Shown: one piece after another, positions 26,701 to 40,298 of the stretch
Layout: every line of letters begins with the position of its first letter
How positions within the stretch are numbered: position 1 is the first letter of the stretch
NCBI GenBank assembly: GCA_043228905.1
Contig: JBHGNT010000011.1
Span: forward strand, 13,640,001-13,704,000
Direction of reading: 5' to 3'
Length of the DNA stretch: 64,000 nt
Origin: Azolla caroliniana
Lineage: Eukaryota; Plantae; Polypodiophyta
Made by a program: the position numbers and the translations under genes
Notes under the pieces: model-generated
What the model saw: only the letters and a program-made list of their open reading frames with translations
What the model was told of the DNA's origin: nothing
Database searches by the model: none

Positions 26701-27229
26701 AATAGTCACAGAAAAGTTAGATAAAAACAATTTCCCGGCATGGAAATTCAGAATGACAAATTTCCTGATGGGAAAAGGATATTGGGATTACATTGAAGGA
26801 GACCTAGAAGAGGCTCCAGAGATCCCTGAGGAAAATGCAACTGCTGCACAGTTTAAAGCATTTAAGGAATGGAATCAAGGGGCAAGGAAAGTATTGCATT
26901 AGCTGTCACTTAGTATCTCAGATTCGATGCTTGGACACATACAGGATGTTATGCTTCCAAAAGAAGCTTGGGACAGTTTGGTAAAACTGTTTGCAGTAAA
27001 CACAGGCTAGAAAGCTTCAGTTGAAGACTGAGCTAAATACCTTGGAAAAAGGTAAGATGTTAGTGAATGAGTATGATCTGAAAATAAAGAAGATATGTGA
27101 ATCACTTGCTTCAATGTGAAGGTCCCAAGTTTTCCAGATCTGGTTTCAATGCTTGTAGTGGAAGAAAGAAATCAAATGGATGATGTAAACAAAGGAAACT
27201 CTGAGACTGAGGGGCAAGCCCTCTACAAT

Positions 27230-27265
27230 AGAAGACGTTAATCTTTCTTTCTTTCTTTCTTTCTT
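27230..27265 (+). mobile_element. 36-bp insertion with (TTTC)n tail in the gag of D
   Basis: AGAAGACGTTAATC(TTTC)n flanked by the 8-bp direct repeat TCTACAAT (27222-27229 / 27266-27273). Confidence 0.6.
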
Positions 27266-30200
27266 TCTACAATTGTGTTGGAAGAGGCCGAGGAAGCGGC
27301 CATGGAAGATTTGGTTCAGTTAGAACCAACAACAATTATCAAGGACGAGAACAACAGGCTACAAGTGGAAGAAACAACATCAGAGGTAGAGGGAGCAATC
27401 GAGGTAGAGGTAAACAAACTTATTTGAATGATGATGGTTGTTGGTATTGTGGAAAACCAAGCCATACACAGGTTGAATGCTATAAAAAGCTAAAGAGAGA
27501 AGAGACATCAAAATGACTATGCTTCAACCAATGAAGACTATGATAAAGATGGTGCATTTGTGATGTAACATGAAACAGCAACAATGGTTGAATGTTCACA
27601 AAGATGCAATGAAGAGTTTATGTGGTATGTAGATTCTAGGGCATCTAATCATATGACTGGACATGCAAATTGGTTTGAAAGTCTAAGAGAACCAGAGATT
27701 CCTGGTTATGTACAAACAGGTGATAACACCACTCATACAATCGAGCATGTTGGAGATATCCCATTGTGGGAAGAAAAAGGAAAAATAAAGTATATGTTGA
27801 ATGTGATGCATGTTCCAAACCTTACAAAAAATCTGATTTCTGTTGGACAGATAGTAGAGCAAGGAATGCAAGTTAAGTTTAAGCAAAGTAGATGCTTTAT
27901 AGAGAAACAAGGAAAGCTTATTGCAAAAGGAAAACATCAAGGAAGAATGTTTGTGTTAGATGTGGATATGCCTAAAAAGATTACAACAATGTTTGCAGAA
28001 GGAATGAGTGTAATCTCAGATGTGGAAATGTGGCATAAAAGAATCGGTCACATAAGTATGCAAACCTTGAAAAATATGTTGAGGAAAAATGCAGTGGTTG
28101 GACTGCCTAAGTTAAAAGACTGTGAGATGAGCAAAATATGTGAAGCATGCCAATATGGAAAGCAAAACAGGTTACCTTTTCCTCATGAAAGACATGTAAG
28201 CAAAAATTTGTTGGATTTGGTACATACAGATGTATGGGGACCAACAAAAAATGCATCAATTAGTGGATATAAGTTTTATGTAACATTTATTGATGATTGC
28301 TCAAGGAAAACACGGGTTTACTTCATGAAAGAAAAAAGTGAAGTATTTGATTGCTTCCGTAAGTTTAAATGCGTGGTAGAAAACCAAGCTGGAACTAAAA
28401 TAAAGTGTTTAAGATCTGATGGAGGAGAGTACTTCTCAAATGAATTTTCTGATTTTTTGTGCAATGAAGGAATAAGGAGACAGTTTACATGTAGATATAC
28501 TCCACAACAAAATGGAGTTGCTGAGAGGAAAAACAGAACTTTGGTGAACATAACAAGAGCTTTAATGACAGAAAAAAATATGTCATTGTATTATTGGGCA
28601 GAAGTTGTAAACACAACAAACTTTATTCTAAATAGATGTATAACATCTTGAGTACATGAAGTAACTCCTGAAGAATGTTTCCATGGAAGGAAACCTAGTT
28701 TAGGACACTTAAAGTGTTTGGATGCCTTGCCTATGTTCATGTACCCGCTGAAGTAAGAAGTAAGCTTGATCCAAAAGCTGAAAAATGTGTTCTTGTTGGA
28801 TATTCAGAGGAGCAAAAAGGGTATAGATGCTATAACCCTTTGACAAAAAAGATTGTGGTAAGCCGTGATGTAATATTTGATGAGTTGGGCAGTTGGTACA
28901 GCCCAAAACAAAATGTAGAAATTGATGAAGACAATGAAAATGAAGACATGTGAATCTGAAAATGGAAGAGATTGTCATAGAGATGGAAACAATGTTGGAC
29001 AGCAAAGTTCCACATCAATAGAATGTACTGGACCATCTAGAAGCTTGGGTAATAAATCTGAATCTAATGCATGGAGTGGAAAAAAGGCAAGACACAAAAA
29101 ATATGATGATAAAAAGGGGAAACAGAAGATGCCAGAATATGAAATGCTTGATGATGGATCTAGAAACATGGAAGATGTAGATTCAGATACATCATTGGAT
29201 GATGAGCTTGGTATAGGAGCCCTAAAAATCCCTAGTATGGAAAAGGCAATAAAAGATGCAAATCAGAAACTAAGAAGATCAGATAGAGAGAAAAAGACTG
29301 TTGAAAGATTTGGTTATGATAGATATATGGCTATGCATTATGCATACATGTCTAAAGTGGTACAAATCCCTAATCCAAATAGTTTTGATGAAGCAAAATC
29401 TGATAAGAAATGGGTGAATGCAATGCAAGAAGAAATAGATGCATTGGCTGAAAACAGAACATAGGATTTGGTGAAGTTGCCGAAAGAAAAAAATGTTGTA
29501 GGTTGCAAATGGGTCTACAAAACAAAGCATGATTCCAATGGGCATGTAAGTAGACATAAAGCAAGAATTGTGGCAAAGGGATATGCCTAGATGCAAGGAA
29601 TTGATTATGATGAAACTTTTGCACCGGTTGCAAAGATGGCAACATTGAGGACACTACTTGCTGTGAGTGCAACCAAAAGATGGGTGTTGTACCATGTGGA
29701 TGTAAAAAATGCTTTTTTACATGGTAACTTGGAAGAAGAAGTGTATATGTGTGAACCACCGGGTTTTGAAGATAAGAAGCATCCAGAATATGTATGTAGG
29801 CTGAAAAAGGCTCTCTATGGACTGAAACAGGCACCGAGAGCATGGCATAAAGAACTTTCAAAATCTCTGAAAAAGATTACCTTCAAGATGTCAAAAGTGG
29901 ATCCATCACTATATGTAAAGAAGATAAATGGTTGCATTGTTGTTATCTTGATATATGTTCATGACTTAATCATTGGAGGTGATTCTATGGATGAAATAAG
30001 GAACCCTAAGAAAAATCTTGAAATGCAATTTCATATGAAAGATTTGGGAGAGTTGAGATACTTTCTTGTTATTGAGATAATCAGATCTGAAAGTGGTATA
30101 TATATGTTGCAACAACTATGTTGAAGAAGTATGGTATGCTTGGATGCAAACCTATTGGTGTACCACTAGATAAGAATTGCAAATTGAGGGTTGATTTGGG

Positions 30201-31034
30201 AGCCAAAATAGAAGATGTAAACATGTACAGGTATATGGTGGGCAACCTCATATATTTGACTATAACAAGACCTTATTTGAGTTATGTTATTGGATTAGTC
30301 AGTCAGTTTATGCAACAGTCAACAAAGCCACATTTGGACTGTATTAGAAGAATCTTGAGGTATGTGAAAGCTACTCGGAACTATGGACTGTTTTACAAGG
30401 CTGATCTTAACATAAAGTTGGAAGGATATACATATGTTGATTGGGTTGGAAGCCAAACTGATAGAAGATCCACAAGTCGATATATGGTTACATTGGGAAG
30501 TGTAGCTATTTCATGGAGTAGCAAGAAACAAGCTATTGTTGCATTATCAAGTACTGAAGCTGAATATAGAGGAGCTGCAATAGCTACTTGTGAAGAGGTA
30601 TGGATCAGAAGATTGCTTGTTGATTTGGGAGAATATATAGATGGTGTTGTCACAATTTGGTGTGACAATATGAACAACATTCAGCTTGCAAAAAACCCAA
30701 TGTTCCATGCAAGAACAAAGCACATTGAAGTGCATTATCACTTTGTTAGAGAAAAAGTGATTGATGGAGAAGTGGATCTGTTGTATGTAAGTACAAATAA
30801 GCAAGTGGCTGATATTCTTACGAAGGGATTGAGCATGGAAAAACATACACAGTTAAAAGACATGATGGGAGTTATAACCATCGGCATGGTAGCTGAAAAG
30901 CATGAAGAAAAGAAGATTGTAGATAATCCCAAGAAAGGATAAGTTGAGCTTGAGGGGGAGTGTTGAGAAGCAAGCTCAACAAAGGTATGTGATGCATATT
31001 GAGAAATAAGTTATTGTAGCTATTAGCTAATTAG

Positions 31035-31126
31035 TGTCAGGAATAGTACTGAGACAAAGAAGAAATTAGTACTAAGAGAGGAATATTAGTACTAAGAGGA
31101 ATAGAGGGTGTAGAACACTCGAGAGA

Positions 31127-31171
<45 letters not shown>

Positions 31172-34100
31172 TGAGTGAGAGATCGAGGGAGAGAAAATGA
31201 TGATGACAGCGATATATTATGTGAGAAGAATATACAAGGAAGGCTAGGAGGCTTAAGACTGACGTTGAACCGATTTGGTTCGAAATAATGCCTTGTGCCT
31301 CCTTTTATAGTGTTCTCAAGAGTAGTCCTGAAGCTTCTAGAATGTTCTAGAGAAATCTAGAATATAAATTAATTTTCTATAGTAAAACTTAAATAAAATC
31401 AATATCCTATGTATTACAATAGATAGTGTAATGGTCAAGAGCTCGACCCATGTATCATAAGGTCATGGATTCGAGTCTTGCCATATCATGACACTATCCC
31501 AACTTTAAAATGACGAGTGTCACGAGTTGTTTTGGATCGAGGACCTGGATATCGACGATGGAAGTCTTCAAGAAGAGCACGAGCATTGGTCATATTCTCT
31601 ATTGGTTCCCAAGTGTGCTCGTTGGGACTATATCCTAGCCAATCAGCTAAATAGTAGAGCTTGTTGTGAACAATCTTGGAATCGAGGATGGCGGCAACCT
31701 CATACTCAGGTCCATCTTCAAGTTTGATCGGGGGTGGAGGTTGTGGAATACGTCTTGGGATGGTGCTATCTTGATAGGGTTCGAGGAGAGAACTATGAAA
31801 TACCGGATGAATGCGAAGTTGTGGGGGTAGATCGAGACGAAAAGCGACATCATTAATCTTTTCGATAATACGGAAAGGACCTAATCGTTGATAATCCAAC
31901 TTCTCGCATGGGCGAATAGTCTTGATGTGTCGTCGTAGTAGCCATACCCGATTTCTAATGTTAAAACTAGATGGAAGCCGATGATGATCCGCGTAAACCT
32001 TGTGTGTTTGTTGAGCTTGTTGTAGATGAGTAGATAAATCTACTTGTATCTTGCGTAACCGCTCCAAACGATCCTCTACACAAAGATTTGTGGGTAACTC
32101 TTGGGTTTCAAATACATACCACCGGGGTGACAGCCCGTATAAGCATAAAATGGCGTAACTTTAGTCGATGAGTGGATAAAGTTATTATAGGAAAATTCGG
32201 TGTAGTGGAGAATATCCGCCCAGTCATCTTGATGATAGCTTAGAAAGCACCGGAGATACTGCTCCAGCGTTTGATTTGTTCGTTCTGCTTGGCCGTCGGT
32301 TTGCGGGTGGTAGCCGGAGGAGAGGTTACAAGTGACCTTGAGCATTTTAAAAAGGTGATTCCAGAATTTCGAGACGAACTGGGGTCCACAGTCGCTGATG
32401 ATATTATTAGGAAGGTCATGATGCCGACATATATCACGCATGACAATTTCGACGGTTTTTTCACTGGAGATTTCCTTAGTACATGGCAGGAAATGAGCCA
32501 TCTTCGTATATCGATCTACTACTGTTAAAATCGCATTGAATCCCTTAGAGACTGGAAGATCTGTGATGAAATCTAGAGCAATGGATTGCCACGTCTCGCT
32601 TGGAATTGGTAATGGTTCTAATAAACCATATGGATGATGCCTTTGCATTTTTGCTCTGCAACATGTATCACAAGTCCGAATAAAATCTTTGACAAATTGT
32701 CGCATACATGGCCACCAGAATTATCGTTGTACTAAATCTAATGTCTTAGTACTTACCAAAATGCCCAGCTGTATATGTGTCATGACAGTTTTGGACTACT
32801 CGAAGGCGGCAAGAACCATTAGGAATATACAAGAGTTTCTTAAAGAATAGTAATCCATCATGACATTCGAATTGTCGATAGTCTGTACCTGGTTGTTGCG
32901 ACTGTGAACAAGATGCTCGAGAGGGATCAATTTGTGCTAGAATGGCTTGGGCGAAAGCATCTATCTTCAAGTCCTCACGTATGGTATCGATAACGTGGGA
33001 ATCCAAGGGCATGCCGAAGACCTGTGTTGCTTGCAGTCGTGCCGGTCCCAAGATTACTTGCTTTTGGTTATCGAAAGCTAGCTCATCGGGACGCAATGCT
33101 AGATACGAACATTGTGATAATGCATATGCCTTCCCTTGGTGCTTCCCCGGATGATATGTAATTTTGAAGTCGAAACGCGTGCGGAATTAGGCCCACCAAG
33201 CTTGACGTCAATTTAACACACAAGCACTCTTAAAGTAGGAAAGGTTTTTGTGATCACTGAATACGGTGACTTGATGAGAGGATCCCTCTAGAAAATGCCT
33301 CCATTGCGTAACAGAGTCCATTATTGCTAATAGCTCCTTATCATGAATTTCATAGTTGATTTCAGCGGCGTCAAACTTGCGTGAGTGGAAACCCACATGA
33401 TGTACCTTTTCATCATTACCTTGTTGTGACAAAATGCTACCCAATGCGAAATCCGATGCGTCCACTTCCATGATGAATGGTTTTTCTGGATCAACGTGAG
33501 CTAGAATAGGAGCCGATGTAAATGCCTTCTTAAGATTCTCAAAAGCCATGTCCGCTTCTTCAGACCAAACGAACGATTGTCCCTTCTTAGTAAGTTGTGT
33601 GAGAGGCAGAACAAGCTTTGAGTAATTCTGTATAAACTTGCGGTAGAAATTGGCAAAGCCTAAACAGCATTGCACATCTCGCAACGAACGTGGAGTTTGC
33701 CATTCTACCACCGTTTTGACCTTGGTTGGATCCATGGAGATGCCTTCCGAGGAGATGACATAGCCCAGAAATTCCACATGGTTGCACCCGAAACTACATT
33801 TTTCTAGCTTTGCATAAAGACCATGTTCTCAAGTCATTTTAGTACTAACAGTACATGAGAATTATGCTCTTCTTAGGTCTTCGACTAAACCAGTAGATCA
33901 TCCAAATAGATGATCAAACACACATCCAAGAGATCTCGAAATATATCATTTGCCATGTGCTGGAAGACTGTTGGCGCATTAGTGAGGCCGAACGGCATGA
34001 CCGTATACTCGAAGTGCCCATATCTGGGGCGAAACGAGGTATTCCATTCATCTCCTGGTCGTATCCGTACGAGGTTATATGCTCCTCGTAAGTCGATCTT

Positions 34101-37100
34101 TGTGAAGAACCTTGCACCATTGATTCCTTCTAAAATACTTGAGATAAGGGGAAGTGCATACCTATTTCTGATGGTGACCTTATTCAAGCCACAGTAATCT
34201 ACAACGAGACAAAGTGATCTATCCTTTTTCTTGACGAAGAAAATGGGTGCGCTAGCTGGAGATTTTGAATGTCGAATGAAACCATTTTCCAAATTCTCCT
34301 CTATATACGCTCGAAGGACTTCTAGATCGGTTGGTGACAAATTATAGATCGGTCCCCATGGTGGCTCTTTTCCCGGTTGTAAATCGATGGGGCAATTATG
34401 CGGTCGATGGTGAGGAAGCATATTGGCTTGTACTTTATCGAACACATCGGCATAATGATGATACTTCTTTGGAAGTTGAACAGTGGACTCCTCTTTAGTG
34501 GTGTCGGAGGGTTTTACTGATATTGCAAAGAGAAACATTTCTTCCTTGCGTCCTTCTTCCCGCAACTAATGTAGAGAAATGGTTGCAATCTTATGAGTAG
34601 ATCCTCGGGCTTGTCGATACCAGATTTCTCTTGTTCTCCAATCTATGTCTAGGTTATGTAATTCAAACCATGGTAATCCTAAAACAATGGGATATTCTAG
34701 GATACTAATTATATTAAATGATACTACACACGCTAGATTATCTAGGACAATATTAACGGGCTCTGACTCTTCTATGATATTTCCGTAAGCAATGGGACAA
34801 CCATTAATGACTACTACAGTACGCTTGGGCAAAATTCTTATCCATGAAGCAAGAATTAGCTTCGGAATCTAGAAGTGCTAAGACATGTACTGGAGGGGTG
34901 CTTTTAGTACTAACTTTTACTTGGGCTACGAACACATTGCTAACTTGCTTAGAGGGAATGGAACCGCTAATGGGCTACACAAATCTAGGGTTGTCCAACC
35001 AAATGGCTCTTATTTTAGCTGGACTTAGTCATTTAACTCTTCTTTTAACTAACTAAGGACATCAAATTTGTTCGCTAGATTTGGGCTATTAGGACTATTA
35101 GGACTATCAGATATTCCTACTAAAATAGACTCGGGTTTAGTACAATTAGAACTAGCAACTATTTGGTTTACCTGTCTTCTTGGCCTATGGGGACAATTTA
35201 CTACAATATGCCCTGGTCCACCACAATAAAGACATGATAGTCAATTTGCTCGACGTCATTGATTTTCTTCTTCCGATAATGGTTTGTGACGATGTGTAGT
35301 GTCAATCTCCATCGAAGTCGGAGTATTCACTGGAGACACATTATATGACTCCCTCGGAAAAGGTTTCACTACCACTGAGGCATAGGTGGTCTCTGATCTT
35401 GCCCTCAGCATCTAGAATTGTCGTTCCGAACGTCGTTCGAAAAGGCGGTTGTCACATCTCACCGCGCGACTGATTGCTTCTGTTAATGACTTTGGTTCTA
35501 CGCGGAAGGTCAAGTGTAAATCCTTGACATCATTGCGTAAACCATAGCAAAATGATCCATCAATGCTTGATCATCCCAAGGGATATCGGCGGCAAGTAGG
35601 CGGAAATCTGCAACGTATGCGGAGGTTGGACGATCATGTTATCGATTAGGAACACGGTCTACGGTCAGTCCTTCGACCTAGACCTCAAGGTGACTGTGTT
35701 GCAAAGAATGGTACTGTCATATCGTAATACGTAACGGGGCACTTCCCCGTATCCTCGTAGCGTATAAGGGAGACGGCTACAACCGAACTCCTTAGACAGT
35801 GCCCTAGTACTCGCACTTACACCTACGCCCTTACGATTACAATACGCCACAGAGAATCAAAGAACACAACAGATCAACCACAAATATGCACAAAAATCAG
35901 AGAAGGTGGTAGTACTCTATTACAATAACGCTCTATGCACCCAAAATTACACGCTACCTCTTACAAAGGATTTCTGCCCTTTATATACACAGGGTCTTTT
36001 AGCTGTTCACGCTTCCCACGTGAATTGTTAGATGCGTTACGTTTTTACTATATTCTATATTTCTGCGCTCCTATCCGTCGATTACTATCCCGGCGGACAA
36101 CAGATCACCTTGGCGTAATCGTCGGATTTTGTTGATTTTTGTCCTTATGTTGTCAGCATCTCCAAAACAGGCTTTAAACTCGCTTATAAATTCTTCAAAA
36201 TTGTTTAGTAATGGAGATTCCTTTTCTAACAACAGGGCGAACCATGCCAATGTTGAGCCACTAAGTAGAGTGCCTACTAGTCCCACTCGTGATGCATGGG
36301 TGGGATATCGAGAAGGATGCATTTGAATCACTAAACGTACCTGATTTAGAAAACCTCTAAATTGTGATCGGGTCCCATCAAATTTTGCAAGAAGACCGAT
36401 CTTGGGTTCTTTGTGAATCCCTTGAGTGCTTGATCCTCGTTGTTGTAGTGATACAATAGTCGCTTCAAGTTGTTGTACACGTAACGTCAGCTCCCCGTGT
36501 TATTGTTTTTCTAGTGTTATTTGTTGAAGATCCCCCAACAAACGGCGATTTTCTTGTTCTAGTGCTACAAATTTCTCTTTTAAGCACTGGAGCTCTAAGA
36601 AAACAGATTGGTATTCTTGAACGCTAATAGTTTCCATTTTACTAGGGAGGATAAGAGGATTAGTATGAAGGGGAAAATGGGGTAAGAAGATAAGGGAAAC
36701 CAGAAAGAAGACCGGAAAAAAGGGAAAATGTAAGAAGATAAATGGAAGAGGAGGAAAGGAGGAGACGGAAGGAGGAAAAAATCGGTTCAAACTGTCAAGA
36801 ATAGTACTGAGACAGAGAAGAAATTAGTACTAAGAGAGGAATATTAGTACTAAGAGGAATAGAGGGTGTAGAACACTTGAGAGAAGGAGAGAGAGAGTGA
36901 GTGAGTGAGTGAGTGAGTGATTGAGGGAGAGAAAATGATGATGATAGCGATATATTATGTGAGAAGAATATACAAGGAAGGCTAGGAGGCTTAAGACTGG
37001 CATTGAACCGATTTGGTTCGAAATAATGCCTTGTGCCTCCTTTTATAGTGTTCTCAGGAGTAGTCCTGAAGCTTCTAGAATGTTCTAGAGAAATCTGGAA

Positions 37101-37201
37101 TATACATTAATTTTCTATAGTAAAACTTAAATAAAAATAATATCAAGAGCTTGACCCATGTAACATAAGGTCATGGGTTCGAGTCTTGCCATATCATGAC
37201 A
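31035..37201 (-). mobile_element. Element F: full-length Tcn1-like chromoviral Ty3/gypsy element (same family as A) inserted in the 3' LTR of D
   Basis: LTRs 31035-31493 and 36793-37201 (TGTCA...TGACA); TSD ATTAG (31030-31034 / 37202-37206). Gag ATG at 36637, then PR, RT (YLDD), RH, IN and chromodomain down to ~31490. Several stops and frameshifts. Confidence 0.96.
35637..36102 (-). mobile_element. Element G: 466-bp solo LTR inserted in the gag of F
   Basis: TGTT...AACA termini and TSD GATCA (35632-35636 / 36103-36107). The homologous site in A (~4521-4530, CGATCACCTT) is empty. Orientation inferred from TATATAAA on minus. Confidence 0.9.
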
Positions 37202-40200
37202 ATTAGCTACTAGTGGACATAAAGGTGAAACAGTTATTTAGCTATGCACAGCTATTTATGTAGAAAAAAGTATGTAGTAGTAGAGAGTGTGTGTAGAAGT
37301 AAGAACAAAAAATAGAAAACTGACGAGATCGAGTTGAGCTCTGCGTGTATTGAAATAAAAGAAGCTTTTTGGTTTGCTACATAGAGGTAAATCTCCTTCC
37401 CATTCCTTTTCTGTCTTGTCTGTCCACACAGAAGAGCCGTAGTGCCTTCATAACATGCTTCACATCCAAAAACTCTAAGATGAGCATAATGAGGTGTCTT
37501 GCCTGTCCACAACTCTTGTGCCACTTTTAGACCTACGGATATGTTCAGTGATAGATTAATCACATGGACTGTTGTTAAAACAGCTTCTACCCAAAAACCT
37601 TGCAAGAGGTTTGCATGGTGTAGCATAGAGACAACTCTGTCCTGAATGGTTCTATTCATCCTCTCAAGAACACCATTCTAGATAGGGGTGTGAGGAGTTG
37701 TAAACTCTCTCTGAATGCCTCTAGACTTACAAAAGTCACCAAATTCGTGAGAGGTATACTCACCTCCATTGTCCGAATGTAAAGCCTTAAGCTTTATGTC
37801 CTTTTCCAACTCAACCGAACCAAGCCATTTTTTGAAAGTAGGGTATACATCATCCTTTCCCTTAATCGGATAAACCCAAACTTTCCTAGTGGCATCATTA
37901 ATGAAAGTAACAAAGTACAATGCACCAACCAAAGATCTTGTGAGCATAGGTCCACAAACATCCGTGTGAACAAGATCCAATGGTTTAGTGGATGAGTTAA
38001 CACTGATCTTATGTGCACTTCTGGTTTGCTTACCATGTTGGTAATGTTCACATAAGGCAAAATCAGAGAATGACAACTTAGGTAAGTGGCTATAACAAGA
38101 TAGAATTTCCATGTCATTTCTTGACATGTGGCCTAAACGACCATGCCAAATGCTCATCATCTATGACAGCCAAAAGAGTGTTCTTTTTTATGAACAAATA
38201 TAGGGTGGCAGGAACCAACTTTGTTCCCTTTTGCAACAATCATATTTCCTTTCGTTATACGAAAGGATTGGGAAGAAAATATCACCTTATTGCCATTGTC
38301 ATCAAGCTAACCAACAGACATTAGACTACGAGTTAGTTGAGGAACATGGCGTACATCTTTGATGGTAAGATGAGAGCCATCACTTAAATGCATTGAGATA
38401 TCTCCAATGCCAATCACATCACAGTGATGTGAGTCTCCAAGTCTAACGTTCCCAAGTGACTTGGCTTCATAACATGTGAACCACTCTCTATGTGCAATCA
38501 CATGGAATGATGCACCGGAGCCCAACAACCATGTATGGGATGGAGGAAAAACCATATTCACCCCAACATGTGTGCTAACGTAATCTAAGACCAAGATGTT
38601 AGTCTCATCACATGTTGCATTTACTTCCTCTATTTCCATCAAGGAAAAGGGCTCACTAGATTGTCTTCCATGCCCATCACCTTTGAATTTAGCACTATCT
38701 TTTTCCTTATTTTTTAGAGCATAACAATCTTTCTTGAGGTGTCCCTTTTTATAGCAATAATGACACTATATTTTTCTTCCTAGACTTGCTTCTACCTCTA
38801 TCATTTCCATTATTGTTTCTCATTTGGCTCCTACCACAGTGTTGGTTCTTGCAAGAACCAACCTCATAAACATTATATGCATCTCCATTATGTGATGCAG
38901 TCATAGATTTCCTACGAAACTCTTCGCTCAATAGTGCTCCACATATGTCATTATAGACTAGTTTTCCATTTGGTGCACTATTGCTAACAACGGTGCAAAA
39001 TGTGTCCCATGAGCTAGGTAAAGTGCATAACTGAAATACACATTTTAGCTCATTGTCCATAGTCATTTTCTAAGCCTGTAATTGTGACCATAGTGCATCA
39101 AAATCATTCAAATGAGAGGTGACACTATCAGTGTCCTTCATTCGAAGATAATAAAGTTTCCTCATTAGATAAACTTTATTTGATGTTGTCTCTTTTTCGT
39201 ATGTACTACATAGTTAATCCATAACTTTTCGGTCGAGTCACAATCCAAGACCATGAAGTATACATTGTCTACTAGGTGCAATCTTATGGTGGACATTGCC
39301 AGGAGATCGAGCTCTTCCCAATCGTCATTGGTCATGCCCTCAAGTTTCTTGGCTTCGCCACATAATGGCCTTAATTGCCTTCTTTGAATCATAACATCTC
39401 TCATTTGATTCTTCCACAAGGCGAAATTGGATTCATCAAACTTACGGATCTCAAGGTGGTCTTTTCCACTCATAGAGTAATTTCTATATGAACCAGCGCG
39501 TGAGGTACTTGAAATTTCAGACATTTCAGAGGTCATTAGTTGATTACAATTCTAAGCACCTAATGATAGTTGGGACGCTACTCACTGGCTGGTCTCAAGT
39601 ACAACTATCACCATGTTAAAAAGATATGTATATGTAACTATCGTAGACCCCCCACAAACAAGAACTATCTGTGTTCACCTAAGAATAACACCTCGCTTGT
39701 ATTTCAACCAAAAGTAAATGGAATGCAACTAAAATGCAACTTCCAATTTCAAAATCTCGCCTCAAGTGAGCAAGCATTTAACATGCAAATCCTGTCTTTT
39801 GTAAACTAAAAACACTCCTCTCTTTTGAAAAAACCAAAGACTAGTAAATACGTAATTACTGTTTCTACTATCTCTAGGTCAAAAGAGGGAAAATGCATCT
39901 TGAATAGTGTGTTCCAAAGCAAAAATGACTCACAAAAGAGGGAAAAATGAGTTGTAATAGCAACAAGTACTAGATATTACCTCTGTTTGGCGAGTTTCTA
40001 CAAACAGCATACGCAAAGAGGGGCAAATACAGAGAAACGTATGATTCCTACACAGACAAGGTCTTCCTACACAGACAAGGTCTTTCACGAAGTCCTTTGC
40101 TTTGATACCACTGTTGTATGAGCAAGGAGAAGCAAACGAGCTATTGTTTTTTTTGTAGAGAAAATGGTGAACAACATAGAGAAGAAAACAAAACAAAAAA

Positions 40201-40298
40201 AGACCCGCACAAAAAACCCTTGTTTTTTATTAACTTCTATACCTAGTGATAAATAGTGAGAATTACCTTTTTGGCCTTTCTCACTATCTATCATAGTT

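Larger units (their letters stand above)
26111..37455 (+). mobile_element. Element D: full-length degenerate Ty1/copia LTR retrotransposon inserted in the integrase of C
   Basis: 5' LTR 26111-26543; PBS TGGTATCAGTGC 26544-26555; PPT TTGAGGGGGAG 30950-30960; 3' LTR 30961-31034 plus 37207-37455, split by F; TSD TGCTT (26106-26110 / 37456-37460). Gag-PR-IN-RT-RH remnants span 26666-30942 (WYVDSRASNHMT, HTDVWGP, DVKNAFLHG, KHIEVHYHF). Confidence 0.95.
23743..40293 (-). mobile_element. Element C: full-length degenerate Ty1/copia LTR retrotransposon, interrupted by D
   Basis: LTRs 23743-23943 and 40112-40293; TSD TAGTT (23738-23742 / 40294-40298); PBS TGGTATCAAAGC (40099-40110, minus); PPT next to 23944. 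Gag 39536-38700, protease (WLLGSGASFH), integrase (HTDVCGP, SDNGGEY) split at FGCEA|YVQIP, RT (QMDVKTAFLHGDL), RNase H (SSTEAEY-like LSTTEAEY, KHIGVRYHF). Confidence 0.95.

Noticed and set aside
27584-30942. Element D (or F, A, C) as currently autonomous
   Set aside because: All carry multiple in-frame stops and frameshifts.
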